This document shows, one piece after another, positions 53,420-62,019 of a stretch of DNA of 64,000 nucleotides (its first letter is position 1; every line of letters starts with the position of its first letter). Made by a program: the position numbers and the translations under genes. This DNA comes from Leptolyngbyaceae cyanobacterium (GTDB lineage Bacteria; Cyanobacteriota; Cyanobacteriia; Phormidesmidales; Phormidesmidaceae). The notes below the pieces were generated by a model. The model was not told the origin of the DNA. It saw only the letters and a program-made list of their open reading frames with translations, and made no database searches. Location: positions 160,001 to 224,000 of the forward strand of contig CBDHHL010000032.1 of NCBI GenBank assembly GCA_965263355.1, in the 5' to 3' direction.

Positions 53420-54218
53420 GAATGTTGAGGCACTAATTAACTGGGTTGAAACTTGGGCATCGCCTAACTGGCAGGAGTCTTGGGATAACTGTGGCTGGCA
53501 AATTGAGCCTGGTATCCGCTCCCAACCGGCAGGGGTATTGGTGTGTTTGACACCCACCCTGGCGGTGATGGCTGAGGCGATTCGGCTCAAACAGGAGGGT
53601 GCCCCAGTCAACCTGATCTTTGCGCACCATCCATTAATTTTTAGTCCGCTCAAGTCTGTAACAGCGGATGACTTTGTAGGGGATATGGTACGGCTGGGTA
53701 TTACCCATGGCATTGGTGTGTATAGTGCCCATACTAATTTTGATCAAGTAGCTGATGGCACTGCCGATGTGTTGGCCCAACTTTTAGGCTTGCATAATTC
53801 AGTCCCCGTAGTGCCTACCCAAAATGATTTGGGCTATGGTCGAGTGGGGGATTTACCGGATGCTCAGTCGTTGGATGAACTGCTAGCGGTGATTCAGAGG
53901 CAGCTCAATCCGCCAAATTTAATTCATTCGCCGACGGCAGACTTGCAACAGATGATTGATCGGGTAGCGGTATTGGGGGGTTCCGGTGCAAGTTTTATGG
54001 CAGCGGTGGCCAAGACAGGCGCTCAAGCGTATCTCACCTCTGATTGTAAGTTTCATCAGTTTCAAGAGGGCCGCGATCGCAACCTCATCCTGATTGATGC
54101 CGGACACTATGCCACCGAACGCCCTGCCTGTGCCAAGTTAGTCGAAAAATTCCAACAACAGGGGGTTGCCTGGACCCAACTCAGTACAGCAGACGAAGAC
54201 TTTCGACAGTTTTGGTAA
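53418..54218 (+). CDS. Nif3-like dinuclear metal protein (GTP cyclohydrolase 1 type 2 family)
   Basis: WDNCG, HHPLIF, HTNFD and DAGHYATE; RBS gaaggag. Confidence 0.93.
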   Translation: MNVEALINWVETWASPNWQESWDNCGWQIEPGIRSQPAGVLVCLTPTLAVMAEAIRLKQEGAPVNLIFAHHPLIFSPLKSVTADDFVGDMVRLGITHGIGVYSAHTNFDQVADGTADVLAQLLGLHNSVPVVPTQNDLGYGRVGDLPDAQSLDELLAVIQRQLNPPNLIHSPTADLQQMIDRVAVLGGSGASFMAAVAKTGAQAYLTSDCKFHQFQEGRDRNLILIDAGHYATERPACAKLVEKFQQQGVAWTQLSTADEDFRQFW

Positions 54219-54285
54219 GCCACAGGTAAACCACGAGTAAGCCACTGACTATAGCGTCAAGCTCAAATCACGCTCACCACTACTG

Positions 54286-56145
54286 TTAACTCCTTTTAAC
54301 AGGCGGCGTTACATTGTCAGGACCGCCGCCTAATCGATTAATATCATTTTCTAGCCTGCGTGCCGCCCGATCTTGTTGTTCTTCCTCCATGGCTTTGGTT
54401 AGATAACTGATGTAGTAAGACATACTATGGTCAGAAATTAGATCGAAGCCTGATTCAAACAAGCCTTTAACTAAACCGATGAGACCATCTAATACCCGAC
54501 TGAGGAACCTATAGTTAGCCACTAACAATCCCTTAGAATTAAAGTACTTGACGGTTCCCAAGTGAGCATACAGTCTGGTTGGATTATGTATTGAAAACGG
54601 CGGTGGGACATGGGGAACAACATCATTATTGTTGATAAAGCGAAAAACCTTATTTGCTAATGTAGTATTTAACTGACGCGTAAAGGAGAGATCGCCCACA
54701 CGGGGTTGGCCAAAAGTATATAGACCCGCCACATTCATATTGTTGTCCTGGAGAGAGGCTACTGCCATGGTGGCCAGGGCACCGCCAAGACTATGGCCGG
54801 TTACTAATAACGGTGGCAGTGTTTCTCCAGGTTGGAGTTGGCGTTGCCAATGTTTAATTTGTTTGAGCACGTCTTTCTCCACACTGGCCCAACCTAAGAA
54901 AAATCCTGTATGGACCCTACCCTTATAGGACGATATGGCGGTTTGCCCTTCTCGGCGAATGGTGAATTTCCGTAATTTCGTATTAAAGTTGGTGTACCAA
55001 TCCCGAATTTCTTGACTGCCTCGAAAGGTTAACACAATGCAATTATCGGTACGAAAAATAAATGCCTGGGTGTCATACTTTTTGTTATTAAAGTATTGAA
55101 AATCATCGCGGGTATCCTTAATCCCCCAAAGTTCCAATACTTCAAGTACATATCGGATGTCTTGATAAACCAGCATGGAGGCTTTAGCCAGACTTAATGC
55201 CAGGTTAGTACTGTAATGACTGACATCCTTCAGTTTTGTAAAATCATTGGCCTGGTAGGGAGTGCGTAAAATTCGATAGCCAAACCGTTCGAAGAGACGT
55301 TTAACCCCATTGAAGCCGTGATCGTGAATATAGTTATATAGCTGGTTATAAATCCGAGAATCGCTATGACGGCGGTACTTCTCATCAGCTATCAGGCGTA
55401 CCCAGTACAATAGCCAGGGTTTTACCTCTTTTACGGTAAATACCCGAGATTCTACCAGGTTGCTAAAATGCTCCAAAGAGTTGAGCATTTTGTTAAACCA
55501 GTCTCGGATTGTTGTTTCTGCATAGTAGTCATGCATTGCCGATTCATAGTTTTCGGCATCAGGCGAAAGTTTCTCAAGTAATGTTCGTTGGTATTGTCGG
55601 TACTCATCATCAGCAAGGGCATGACTCAGTAGATCGTCAGTAACGTTGAATTTAGCTGTTTCGTTAGCAATACCGTGATTACAGCCATCCTGGTACGAGC
55701 GATATTCTTCAAAGTCTAAAACCTTTAAAGCCTGGGCAATGTCAGGATCATTTTCAAACTCTCGTGTAATATTGCGCAGAAATTCAAGCCGTTGTTGTGT
55801 GTGCTGTCTGCTGTAGCTTCGTACTCCATAAACAAGGGCTAAAGAACTTAACCCAACGGCTGCCGCAAATAATCCTTGAATAAATAAGAATCGTTGACGT
55901 TGGCGGGTGACATCATCTGAACTAGCTGAATTTACCAGGGTCTTAATGTCATTTTCAATGCGGGGGGCAATTCCCTCCTCCAATGGTTCAGCTGGATTGA
56001 TGGCAATATTGGCTGTTGCCTTAGCCCCCTGGGCGGTGGCAGCTACTCCCATCAGCAGTACACTACCAATAAGCGATAGCACTACCTTTGTGCTAATTGA
56101 ACGAATACTGGCTGAAAAATGCACCATAGTCTCCTGATGAACCAA
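54286..56145 (-). CDS. Class 3 lipase fused to an N-terminal membrane-anchored domain
   Basis: FRGSQ, VHTGF, GHSLGGA, TFGQPRVG and DVVPHVPP. Confidence 0.85.
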   Translation of the reverse strand: MVHQETMVHFSASIRSISTKVVLSLIGSVLLMGVAATAQGAKATANIAINPAEPLEEGIAPRIENDIKTLVNSASSDDVTRQRQRFLFIQGLFAAAVGLSSLALVYGVRSYSRQHTQQRLEFLRNITREFENDPDIAQALKVLDFEEYRSYQDGCNHGIANETAKFNVTDDLLSHALADDEYRQYQRTLLEKLSPDAENYESAMHDYYAETTIRDWFNKMLNSLEHFSNLVESRVFTVKEVKPWLLYWVRLIADEKYRRHSDSRIYNQLYNYIHDHGFNGVKRLFERFGYRILRTPYQANDFTKLKDVSHYSTNLALSLAKASMLVYQDIRYVLEVLELWGIKDTRDDFQYFNNKKYDTQAFIFRTDNCIVLTFRGSQEIRDWYTNFNTKLRKFTIRREGQTAISSYKGRVHTGFFLGWASVEKDVLKQIKHWQRQLQPGETLPPLLVTGHSLGGALATMAVASLQDNNMNVAGLYTFGQPRVGDLSFTRQLNTTLANKVFRFINNNDVVPHVPPPFSIHNPTRLYAHLGTVKYFNSKGLLVANYRFLSRVLDGLIGLVKGLFESGFDLISDHSMSYYISYLTKAMEEEQQDRAARRLENDINRLGGGPDNVTPPVKRS

Positions 56146-56191
56146 ATCATTTTGATGCTAACGAAGCATACCCCGTTTGCTGCAAAGAATA

Positions 56192-56914
56192 ATGAAAATT
56201 GATGTACCTGAAACCTGGCCTACGGATGCGGCGAGTGCGATCGCAGTTCAAAACCGTCTACGCAATCAGGTGATCACCACTGATCAGTTTGCATCAATTA
56301 AAATCGTAGCCGGTATTGATGCTGGTTTTGAACAGGAAGGCACCATTATCCGGGCAGCTGTCGTCGTTTTACAGTTGCCAGAGTTGACCCTATTGGAGCA
56401 AGCGATTGCCTATCGCCCCACTATTTTTCCCTATGTACCTAGTCTGCTATCGTTTCGCGAAATGCCCACGGTATTAGATGCGCTAAAACAGCTTCAGTTA
56501 GACCCGGACTTAATCCTCTGTGATGGAGCAGGCATTGCGCACCCTCGACGATTAGGGATTGCCAGTCATCTAGGGGTGCTAATTGATAAACCCACCATTG
56601 GTGTCGCAAAGTCTCGTTTACTGGGCACCCATGATGAGTTGTCGCCCGACAAAGGAGCCTGGGTGCCGCTGATGGATAGCGGTGAGCGCATTGGTGCTGT
56701 GCTCAGAAGCCGGAGTGGGACCAAGCCTTTGTTTGTTTCTGCGGGACACCGCATTAGTTTAGAAACGGCAGTTGACTATGTGCTGCAGTGTACGCCAAAG
56801 TACCGATTACCAGAGACAACGCGACTAGCAGATCGGCTGGCGTCTAATCGAGGCCCCATGCCATCAGTGGGGACCTCTGCAAAAGAGGATGCAGGGCAAA
56901 TGCAACTATTTTGA
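56192..56914 (+). CDS. nfi: Endonuclease V
   Basis: PYVPSLLSFRE, DGAGIAHPRRLG, IGVAKS and RLPETTRLAD. Confidence 0.95.
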   Translation: MKIDVPETWPTDAASAIAVQNRLRNQVITTDQFASIKIVAGIDAGFEQEGTIIRAAVVVLQLPELTLLEQAIAYRPTIFPYVPSLLSFREMPTVLDALKQLQLDPDLILCDGAGIAHPRRLGIASHLGVLIDKPTIGVAKSRLLGTHDELSPDKGAWVPLMDSGERIGAVLRSRSGTKPLFVSAGHRISLETAVDYVLQCTPKYRLPETTRLADRLASNRGPMPSVGTSAKEDAGQMQLF

Positions 56915-57012
56915 TGGGCGTCACGGGGACATTTTTAATGGACAACCGTAGGGGCATTGCATGCAATGCCCCTACGGTCGATACGTTGATCGATTATCAA
57001 TACCGGTGAGAG

Positions 57013-57660
57013 TTAAATATGTTGCACCTTATCCTCAACGGGAAAACGTACCTTGGGTAGATGAATGTATTTATCCTCTTCCGACCGATAGCCAACAGCG
57101 CAAACTACCACTGAGTGATAGCCCATCTCTGGCAAGCCTAGAATTTCATCGTACTGATCAGGCATGAACCCTTCGATGGGGCAGGTGTCAATACCCAGCA
57201 TGGCGGCACTGACCATCAGCTGGCCCAGGGCAATGTAGGTCTGTCGTGTAGACCAACCATCGATGTCGGGAAGACCTTTCATAAAGCCTTTGATCACATT
57301 ACTAAAACCGTCCAAAGACTCCAGGGTCACATTGCGCACTTCTGAGGTACGGGCCATGGAACGATCTACATCAGCTTCGTTGATGCCAGTTTTGATGGCG
57401 AGCACAACCAGGTGAGATGCATCCACCACCTGAGACTGTTTCCAGGAGGCTTCTAGTAGTTTTGCGCGTACCGCTGCGTCATCCACTACAAAGAATTTCC
57501 AGGGTTCCAGACCAAAGGACGAAGGCGCTAAGACTAGACTTTGTTCTAACGTTGACCAGGTATCCGCAGGAATTTTTTTGCTGGCATCAAACATCTTAGT
57601 GGCGTAACGCCAGTTCAGTGCTTCGAGCACAGATTCACTTGAAAAATTTGGAGCAGTCAT
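57013..57660 (-). CDS. Nitroreductase family NAD(P)H-dependent oxidoreductase
   Basis: WRYATKMFD, APSSFGLEPW and IDTCPIEGF; ATG 57660 preferred. Confidence 0.9.
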   Translation of the reverse strand: MTAPNFSSESVLEALNWRYATKMFDASKKIPADTWSTLEQSLVLAPSSFGLEPWKFFVVDDAAVRAKLLEASWKQSQVVDASHLVVLAIKTGINEADVDRSMARTSEVRNVTLESLDGFSNVIKGFMKGLPDIDGWSTRQTYIALGQLMVSAAMLGIDTCPIEGFMPDQYDEILGLPEMGYHSVVVCAVGYRSEEDKYIHLPKVRFPVEDKVQHI

Positions 57661-57832
57661 GAAAGTCACCTGTTCAACATGGCTTTTATAGCAGTTATAA
57701 GGCTGAGTTAACATGCAACTGGTATACCTAACCAGGATTCCGGACGGATATCCCTCCAGATCTGGACGTTCCAATTATTGAAAGTTAGTCTATCGTAGTA
57801 AGTACATATTGTAAGTATTGGAGTTTAGTCCT

Positions 57833-58330
57833 ATTACTAAGAAGAAAAAGGCTCTCGTAAACCGCCACATTAAAGACCCTCAGGTCTTATTTATTGACCA
57901 CACTGGTCATAACCATGGTGTCATGGATACAGCCGACGCTATCAAAATGGCCAAGGAGCATAACCTGGATTTGGTAGTTGTCTCTCAGCCGCGTGAGGGC
58001 GTTGCTCCGGTTGCTAAAGCGCTAGACCAGGGTAAGCTGCAATATCAGCAAAGCAAACGTCAAAAGCAGACATCGCGTCCAACGGTCAAAGAGGTAAAGT
58101 TTCGACCTAATATTGGCGAGTCGGATTATCTGTTGCGCGTTAAGCGTGCGACTGAGTGGCTGAAAAAGGGTGATTCTGTAAAGTTTCTTGTACGTTTGCG
58201 GGGGCGAGAACATCAGCATCGCGATCGCGCCACTGACTTACTGCAAAGAGTAATTACCGACCTGGAAAGTGCAGGTAAGGTGCAATCGTTTGATCGTCGG
58301 TCATTAACGTTATTCCTATCACCGGCATAA
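57833..58330 (+). CDS. infC: Translation initiation factor IF-3 (probable ATT start)
   Basis: LDLVVVS, KEVKFRPNI, GDSVKF and LRGRE; GGAG 9 nt before the in-frame ATT at 57833. Confidence 0.88.
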   Translation: MTKKKKALVNRHIKDPQVLFIDHTGHNHGVMDTADAIKMAKEHNLDLVVVSQPREGVAPVAKALDQGKLQYQQSKRQKQTSRPTVKEVKFRPNIGESDYLLRVKRATEWLKKGDSVKFLVRLRGREHQHRDRATDLLQRVITDLESAGKVQSFDRRSLTLFLSPA

Positions 58331-58473
58331 ACCCATTTGACAACTGAATAAGTCAGCAGGGACTGCTTTGAGCATTACGGTGTGAGGAGCAGTCTCTACT
58401 TTTATGGAAAATTATGGAAAACTGAAAAAGTTGATGGAATTCTCTCTTTAGTTCATCAATATATCCCAACTCT

Positions 58474-58713
58474 AAAAAAAGCCTCCACCGTAATGGCGGA
58501 GGCTATAGAGGGTGAGAGAGAACCGCTTGAAAGCGAGTTGGGACGGCGAAAGGCAATAACGGCTTACCTCTGGCGCTGTTGGAACGAATACTTGCTGTTT
58601 CCGCTAGGAGTTCACGCTAAAAGCTTGGCCTTGTAAACACGTTTGCCGTCAGGGTAGCTACGACAAAGATTTACGGAAACTTAGTTTCTCCCCTCCCGAC
58701 ATGTTTGAGCCAC
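58474..58713 (-). ncRNA. Candidate ~240-nt structured ncRNA
   Basis: -10 TATAGT at 58725-58720; internal stems gtaaat/gtttac and ttgtcgt/acggcaa; terminator gcctccgcc-attac-ggtggaggc-T7; no credible ORF on this strand. Confidence 0.55.
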
Positions 58714-58722
58714 CTATTAACT

Positions 58723-58742
58723 ATACTACTAAATAGTTATAT
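58723..58742. promoter_or_regulatory. Putative ArsR operator 1
   Basis: ATACTACTA-AA-TAGTTATAT. Confidence 0.6.
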
Positions 58743-58830
58743 AATGCTATATATAGAATAAAATCTATGAATCCTCTCCGAAGATTGCTTTCTTGCTAGG
58801 CAATTAAAAACAAGAGACTGCTGGTATATC

Positions 58831-58850
58831 ATATTACTATATGGTCATAT
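58831..58850. promoter_or_regulatory. Putative ArsR operator 2
   Basis: ATATTACTA-TA-TGGTCATAT. Confidence 0.65.
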
Positions 58851-58936
58851 GTCGGGTAATAAGATTACTGGTAAAAGACCTGTCTACGTCAGATGGCGAT
58901 CTTTATTGACTGGCAGTTTACCTAACTCAAAACCAC

Positions 58937-58992
58937 TGAAACAAGCGGAGTTATGATTGATGTATGAAACAAGCGGAGTTATGATTGATGTA
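58937..58992. repeat. Exact 28-bp tandem duplication covering the RBS and start of the DUF302 gene
   Basis: tgaaacaagcggagttatgattgatgta x2. Confidence 0.95.
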
Positions 58993-59395
58993 TCACTTTA
59001 GTAAGGTTGTCAATGTCTCATTTGATGAGGCCATCACCCAGGTAACCGAAGCACTGCGGGAAGAGGGATTGGGGATTTTAACCGAGATTGGTGTCCAATC
59101 GGCCTTCAAAAAGAAGCTAGATACTGATTTTCGCAAATACACGATTCTCGGAGCCTGCCATCCATTAGTGGCTTATCAAATGCTACAAACAGACGACAAG
59201 GCTGGGGTGTTCTATCCCTGTAATGTTGTGGTGCAAGCACATAACGATGGTCGGGTAGAAGTGTCAGCGATCGATCCGCTGATGATGTTTTTAATGATTC
59301 ATAGCCCTAAAGCAAAAGAGATTGCGCTGGACGCCAGTCAAAGAATGCAGGCGGCGATGGATCGTCTACCAGCAGCGACGCCAGTTGTCGCGTGA
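58988..59395 (+). CDS. DUF302 family protein
   Basis: GLGILTEI, YTILGACHP, PCNVVV and VSAIDP. Confidence 0.85.
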   Translation: MYHFSKVVNVSFDEAITQVTEALREEGLGILTEIGVQSAFKKKLDTDFRKYTILGACHPLVAYQMLQTDDKAGVFYPCNVVVQAHNDGRVEVSAIDPLMMFLMIHSPKAKEIALDASQRMQAAMDRLPAATPVVA

Positions 59396-59453
59396 CGTTC
59401 CGTTACGTTTTTGCTCACTCGTAAATCACATTCAAAATTTGGAGGAAAGACCC

Positions 59454-59672
59454 ATGTTTAACAATGTTGGAACTGTAGATCGATCACTTCGATTATTAGT
59501 GGCCAGTATATTGCTTTATTTGGGATTATTCACCTACGCGGGCTCATCGTTAGGAATTGGCATGGATATTGCTGGAGGTCTAGCACTGCTCACTGGGCTG
59601 GTTGGCTCCTGTGCCTTGTATGGTTTGCTCGGTATCAATACCCGCAAGAGAGATCACTCCTCTCAAGCTTAG
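59454..59672 (+). CDS. DUF2892 (YgaP-like) membrane protein
   Basis: NVGTVDR.LR and G.CALYGLLGINT; RBS ggagg. Confidence 0.88.
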   Translation: MFNNVGTVDRSLRLLVASILLYLGLFTYAGSSLGIGMDIAGGLALLTGLVGSCALYGLLGINTRKRDHSSQA

Positions 59673-59820
59673 GGCTTGACGACACGGTATAGGTGGGGAG
59701 ATACCAAAACAATTAAAGGACAATCACAACAACAGTTTTTCTGTCTTTTTCTCATTCTCCCCATGCATTTCATCTATCGATTACTGAATGTTTTTGAAAT
59801 AACTGAATTCGAATTGAATC

Positions 59821-60354
59821 ATGGAAAATGCGATTCCTTATGAGGTACCGTCCTTATCGCGACGGCAACTACTCAACTTTTTGACGGGGGCAACGGTTGC
59901 TGCAACCGCTGGTTCAGCCCTTTACCCAGTCGCTAAGTTTTTCATACCGCCTCGGGAAGTGTCTGAGGGAGGCGGAATTCTCGCAAAAGATAAACTGGGT
60001 AATCCGATTCCGGCCAGTCAACTCCTCGCTAATCCCCCTGGAACTCGTGCCTTGATTGCAGGACTGGCAGGCGAACCAACTTATTTAATCGTTCAAGACG
60101 ATGGCTCACTGGGGGCTAGAGGTATTGTCGATAACTGCACTCACTTGGGATGTACCTTCCCCTGGAATGCGAATGCCCAACAGTTTCAATGCCCATGCCA
60201 CGGATCGCTCTACGACCCGGAGGGTAATGTTGTTCGCGGGCCTGCGCCCCTCCCCCTCAAGATTGTTCATGTAGCGGTCAAGGATGATGCTGTCTGGATC
60301 TACCCCTGGAACGAGACTGACCCGCGTACTGGCGAACAACCCTGGTGGGTGTGA
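59821..60354 (+). CDS. petC: Cytochrome b6f Rieske iron-sulfur subunit, orphan paralogue
   Basis: Tat SRRQLL, CTHLGC, CPCHGS, GPAPLPL and DPRTGEQPWW; no petA downstream. Confidence 0.93.
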   Translation: MENAIPYEVPSLSRRQLLNFLTGATVAATAGSALYPVAKFFIPPREVSEGGGILAKDKLGNPIPASQLLANPPGTRALIAGLAGEPTYLIVQDDGSLGARGIVDNCTHLGCTFPWNANAQQFQCPCHGSLYDPEGNVVRGPAPLPLKIVHVAVKDDAVWIYPWNETDPRTGEQPWWV

Positions 60355-60375
60355 TGAACTGAGAGGTTTTTACGA

Positions 60376-60539
60376 ATGCGTATTATTTTGATGACTGAAA
60401 AAGGGGGAGTGTGTAAGACCTCGGTTGCGGCAACAACTGCCCTGCGAACAGCAGAACTGGGATATCGCACTCTGGTATTGAGTAGCGACCAGCCCATTTC
60501 TTGGCAGATAGCTTTGATCTGGAATTGGTGCATGATCCA
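60376..60539 (+). pseudogene. ArsA/GET3-family ATPase 5' remnant
   Basis: [16 protein letters not shown] (degenerate P-loop); after a frameshift reads [18 protein letters not shown], then truncated. Confidence 0.85.
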
Positions 60540-60642
60540 GCCCTTTCAAGGTGCTTTTTTGGACTTTCTTTTTTGGGCAAGTAAGCGAGCAGTGGAAACA
60601 TGTGGCTTATTTTTAGAAGGTTTTGGTACTGAACCAGTATAT
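60538..60642 (-). mobile_element. Transposase C-terminal remnant with end, IS4-like
   Basis: Minus frame [30 protein letters not shown] followed by aagggctg at the arsA junction. Confidence 0.5.
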
Positions 60643-60643
60643 T

Positions 60644-61029
60644 CCCGAGATTCACCATTCAGACCAAGGGGTGCAATACGCTGCTAATGCTTATGTTCAT
60701 CTGTTGGAGGAGAATGAGATAGCGATTAGCATGGCGGGTGTCGGCAAAGCCTATGAGAATGGCTTTGCTGAACGACTGATGAGAACAATTAAAGAAGAGA
60801 AGGTTGACTTATCGGACTATCGCAACTTTAATGAGGTGTATAACAGAATAGAAGAGTTTTTAGATGAGGTATATATGAAGAAGAGAATTCACTCTTCTTT
60901 GGGCTATTTGACACCGAGTGAATTTGAAACGAAGTGGAGGAAGAAAACCTGAAGTGTCTCAGATTGATACATGTCAGTCTAGACTTGCTGCAAACTAATT
61001 TTACTGTCCAAGATTAGGGGTTCACTTCA
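60644..61029 (+). mobile_element. IS3-family remnant (integrase C-terminal part plus right end)
   Basis: [25 protein letters not shown] and RIHSSLGYLTP; end ctgtccaagattaggggttcacttca. Confidence 0.85.
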
Positions 61030-61068
61030 CTTTCAGGTTATTGAAAGTTTTGGTCAACTACTTATGCG

Positions 61069-61419
61069 CTACGCGAACTCATCTATCAATTTTGATAGCC
61101 GCGCCATAGTTGCCTGAATCTCTTCGGGGGGGGGGTTATATTCCATCCCCATAGCCACTAGTAACAGGCCCAAATCAACAGCATCGTCAAGTTTTAAGAT
61201 TAAACCTAAGTCTTCAGTATTGTCTAGCACCTCTGGCTGAGGACTCGGATTTGTAACTTTAAAGTCCACATGTACCATGGATGGGTTTTCTTGCTCGTGT
61301 CCTGGAATCTCTTCAACCCGAGCGACCTTAGTACCCGTAACCGTAACACTGGCATGGTTGCTGATTACGGTAATCTCGCTAGTTGCTAAATCTTGAGTCA
61401 AAAGCTGTTGCGTTTTCAT
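61069..61419 (-). CDS. Hypothetical protein
   Basis: ORF from ATG 61419 (or 61476); contains a G10 tract at 61126-61135; preceded by operator 3. Confidence 0.65.
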   Translation of the reverse strand: MKTQQLLTQDLATSEITVISNHASVTVTGTKVARVEEIPGHEQENPSMVHVDFKVTNPSPQPEVLDNTEDLGLILKLDDAVDLGLLLVAMGMEYNPPPEEIQATMARLSKLIDEFA

Positions 61420-61477
61420 AGCTACCCTATATCCGTATCGACTGTCAGCTGCATGGGTCTTATCCTTAATTTTCATT

Positions 61478-61497
61478 ATATGGCCAATTAGTTATAT
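61478..61497. promoter_or_regulatory. Putative ArsR operator 3
   Basis: ATATGGCCA-AT-TAGTTATAT. Confidence 0.6.
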
Positions 61498-61549
61498 TAA
61501 GTATATTAACAACACATTTTTTAATGTCTTTACAGATATAGAGAGACAT

Positions 61550-62014
61550 CTAAAGTCTTTTATTAGAAATACTTACGGAAACTAGCTTAGCGGTCAGAGA
61601 GCCTGCGATAAAGGCACCTAGGAAGAGTACAGGACTCCATGATTTTAAGACCAGGGCGACAATAGCAGGGCCTGGGCAATAGCCAGCAATTCCCCAACCG
61701 ATACCAAAAACAGCTGCCCCCAATACTAGGGGCAGACCAACATCTTTGCGAGTTGGCAATCTAAATTTAGTGGCAAAGACGGGCTGGGGTAACTGCAACA
61801 CAAATCGGAATGCAATCACGGTCACCGTTACGGCACCACCTAGAACAAACAACAACGTAGGATCCCAACGTCCTGTGACATCTAGAAAGTCCAGCACCCG
61901 CCCTCGGTCAATCATTTGCGATAGACCTAAGCCCAGACCAAACAGTAGACCAGATGCGATCGTAACCAAGTTCTGTCCAACTTTTAGGGTGTTATGGCTG
62001 ATTACTTTATACAT
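61550..62014 (-). CDS. YeeE/YedE-family sulfur transporter, second half (DUF6691-like)
   Basis: GLLFGLGL..SQM, FLDVTGRWDPTL and FGIGWGIAGYCPGP. Confidence 0.85.
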   Translation of the reverse strand: MYKVISHNTLKVGQNLVTIASGLLFGLGLGLSQMIDRGRVLDFLDVTGRWDPTLLFVLGGAVTVTVIAFRFVLQLPQPVFATKFRLPTRKDVGLPLVLGAAVFGIGWGIAGYCPGPAIVALVLKSWSPVLFLGAFIAGSLTAKLVSVSISNKRL

Positions 62015-62019
62015 ATCTG

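Noticed and set aside
53420..53713. 98-aa N-terminal extension of the Na/Pi transporter in the ORF track
   Set aside because: It is the antisense reading of the nif3-like gene
616..56754. Many 60-185 aa ORFs nested in or antisense to well-supported genes
   Set aside because: Shadow frames without motifs or RBS
58359..58396. Yfr1-like gctcctcacac
   Set aside because: One mismatch to ACTCCTCACAC, not placed between two hairpins, and no trxA/guaB context; better read as a hairpin after infC
58515..58560. c-di-GMP-I riboswitch-like GAAA...GGGACG on the + strand
   Set aside because: Lacks the GGCAAA and GCAAAG consensus spacing and P3; terminator polarity points to the minus strand
58382..58636. 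84-aa + strand ORF
   Set aside because: No recognisable product or RBS; crosses a minus-strand terminator and the structured RNA candidate
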